Shown here: piece by piece, positions 43,299 to 45,042 of the stretch
Numbering within the stretch: the first letter of the stretch is position 1
Layout: every line of letters starts with the position of its first letter
Origin: Macrostomum lignano
Taxonomy: Eukaryota
Assembly: GCA_002269645.1 (NCBI GenBank)
Contig: NIVC01004458.1
Coordinates: 1 to 45,042, forward strand
DNA: 45,042 nt
Direction of reading: 5' to 3'
Notes under the pieces: model-generated
Database searches by the model: none
Seen by the model: only the letters and a program-made list of their open reading frames with translations
Told to the model about the DNA's origin: nothing
Program-made: the position numbers and the translations under genes

Positions 43299-43632
43299 CA
43301 TATATGGGGCTTTCAGAGTCCCTTTTTATGGACCATATGGGCTTTGAGAGTCCCTTTTATGGACCATATGGAGGCTTTGAGAGTCCTTTTTATGGACCAT
43401 ATGGGCTTTCAGAGTCCCTTTTTATGGACCATATGGGGCTTTCAGAGTCCCTTTTTATGGACCATATGGGGTTTTCAGAGTCCCTTTTTATGGACCATAT
43501 GGGGCTTTCAGAGTCCCTTTTTATGGACCATATGGGGTTTTTCAGAGTCCCTTTTTATGGACCATATGGGGCTTTCAGAGTCCCTTTTTATGGACCATAT
43601 GGGGCTTCTCAGAGTCCCTTTTTATGGACCAT
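43299..43632. repeat. Intronic minisatellite, about 33 bp unit (CATATGGGGCTTTCAGAGTCCCTTTTTATGGAC), about 10 copies
   Basis: Read directly, 36 bp after the donor at 43263. Confidence 0.93.
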
Positions 43633-44234
43633 ATTGAGCTCTCAGTCCCATATGGAACCACATAGTTTTGGACATATGGGGTTGCAGCGCACTTTTAAAG
43701 CCTGGTTGAAGAACTGAGTGAGTCAGACTGTAGCTACCGACAAAATACCCAGTATTTAAGTGTGCACTGTATCGAATATTTGAGTAGAAAAGACGCTGCT
43801 CGTCTTGCTTGTTATGGACCAACGCTTGAGCATGGGAGTCCTTTATAAAAAATGAAAACAGAAATGTCTGACTCGCTGTTAAGTCTTTTTGAACGAGTTA
43901 CCTAAACAATTTTTTCAACGGGCATATAGAATTTTCTGATGTACCAGCGGCCCAGGCTCGATTCCAAGTGCAGTCACGTTAATTTGGGGCTAAATTGTAA
44001 TCTCGGCTTGGCTCTGCTCGTGCAATTAAAGCCCTTCCCGATTAAAACGGTACCCAGACCAAAAATCTTCTCGTCGTTTTAGAATCGTTTAGAATCGACT
44101 CCCCTGAATGCTTAGGGGAGTCGGCCGAATGGGCAGTAATACCTCTCGCCGGTTGTGCGACAATGCCGACAATGCACACAGCATCCTGCCTATAATAAAA
44201 CTTACACACCTGTAAACAATATTCATTTTTTCAG

Positions 44235-44894
44235 GCTGGCCTACGCGCTATGCTTCACAATCACACCTACGCCGCTTCGGCTGACGCTGCTGCGCCTTGG
44301 CAACCGTTGCTAGGCAACAGCGACGCCGCTGAGGACGACAGTAAATCCGGTATTTACCTGGCTGAAGCGCCTCGCTGCTGCAGCAACAAGTCGACTATCA
44401 GGATTACGAAGATTACGAGGACAACTACGACTCTAGAGACATGCGCTCGGCCATGTACCGGAACAAAGACCCGGCTAGGCTAGTGGCGGCAGGAGTCAAG
44501 CTAACCTATAACGAGGTTGTCACCTGTAGTCATCAGAAATTTCTAGCCCTGCTGCAGTGCTACAATCGCAAGCAGCAGGCCGTACTGCAGGAGGTGCGCA
44601 AACGCGGCAAAAATCGTTTAGCCGCGTCGAAATGCCGACAGAAGAAAATCGGATCGAGTCGGTCGAGTTCGGGAAGAGCTCAGCGAGCTTGGCCAGCGCA
44701 CTAACAGGCTGGCTGCTCAAACTGAAGCTGCTCAAGCTGAGGAGAGGCGCTTGCGCGACAAGTACATGCAGCTGTACCTGACCGCCTTTGGCAGGCTGAG
44801 GGACGCTGAGAATCGGCCGCTGGATCCCAGGGTGCACCGGCTGCAACACGGCCTGGATGGATCCGTGATTCTGGTTGCTAGGGACGCTGCTTAG
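44235..44894 (+). CDS. CNC-bZIP transcription factor (cap-n-collar/Nrf/Bach family), last exon, with two frameshifts (pseudogene or assembly errors)
   Basis: Acceptor TTTTTTCAG|G. Motifs: HNHTY; CNC-like LVAAGVKLTYNEVVTCSHQKFLALL; basic region EVRKRGKNRLAASKCRQKK; zipper; CNC-type tail LRDAENRPLDPRVHRLQHGLDGSVILV*. Shifts lie at about 44366-44385 (-1) and 44651 (+1). Confidence 0.82.
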
Positions 44895-45042
44895 ACTGGA
44901 AAACGCTTCTATGAATATGCTTTTGCGAACTTGATTGACTGTTGCTAAGGTGCGCTAAATGAACTCTTTAGTTGCTGTCCGGTTGCCAGAGACCTTTTTC
45001 AGCTGCGGTTCTAGACACGCTTCTTTTGTGGTTGCTAGGACA

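Overview
Eukaryotic (metazoan) genomic DNA with spliceosomal GT-AG introns, GC-rich exons, AT-rich spacers and many tandem repeats. The style resembles a free-living flatworm such as Macrostomum; this is inference only. Host genes: a small secreted PAN-like gene (364-812, -); a complete 8-exon, 742-aa ABCG1/ABCG4-type half transporter (4763-16491, -); an intronless BIR+UBA-like IAP lacking a RING (25909-26652, +); a 3-exon unknown gene (27516-28699, -); a frameshifted PAN-like + glycine-rich gene (about 29670-30929, +); and a frameshifted CNC-bZIP (Nrf/cap-n-collar family) gene (44235-44894, +, with a probable upstream exon at 42091-43262). Mobile DNA: a tRNA/CORE-like SINE; a young, internally deleted Mag-type Gypsy element with an AACAT TSD, whose 3' LTR is interrupted by a second, oppositely oriented, 5'-truncated Gypsy element with an intact pol and a canonical -1 frameshift signal; a TTAGGG-containing MITE-like element; a Merlin-like transposase remnant inside a 101-bp inverted repeat; a decayed DUF4806-like gene; and an RTE LINE with an inverted 5' half bounded by one 9-bp TSD (twin-priming architecture). 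The most striking window-wide pattern is that almost every long intron is long because it carries its own private tandem array, several built on bZIP- or branch-point-like motifs. All gene models and counts were worked out by eye; no database searches were run.
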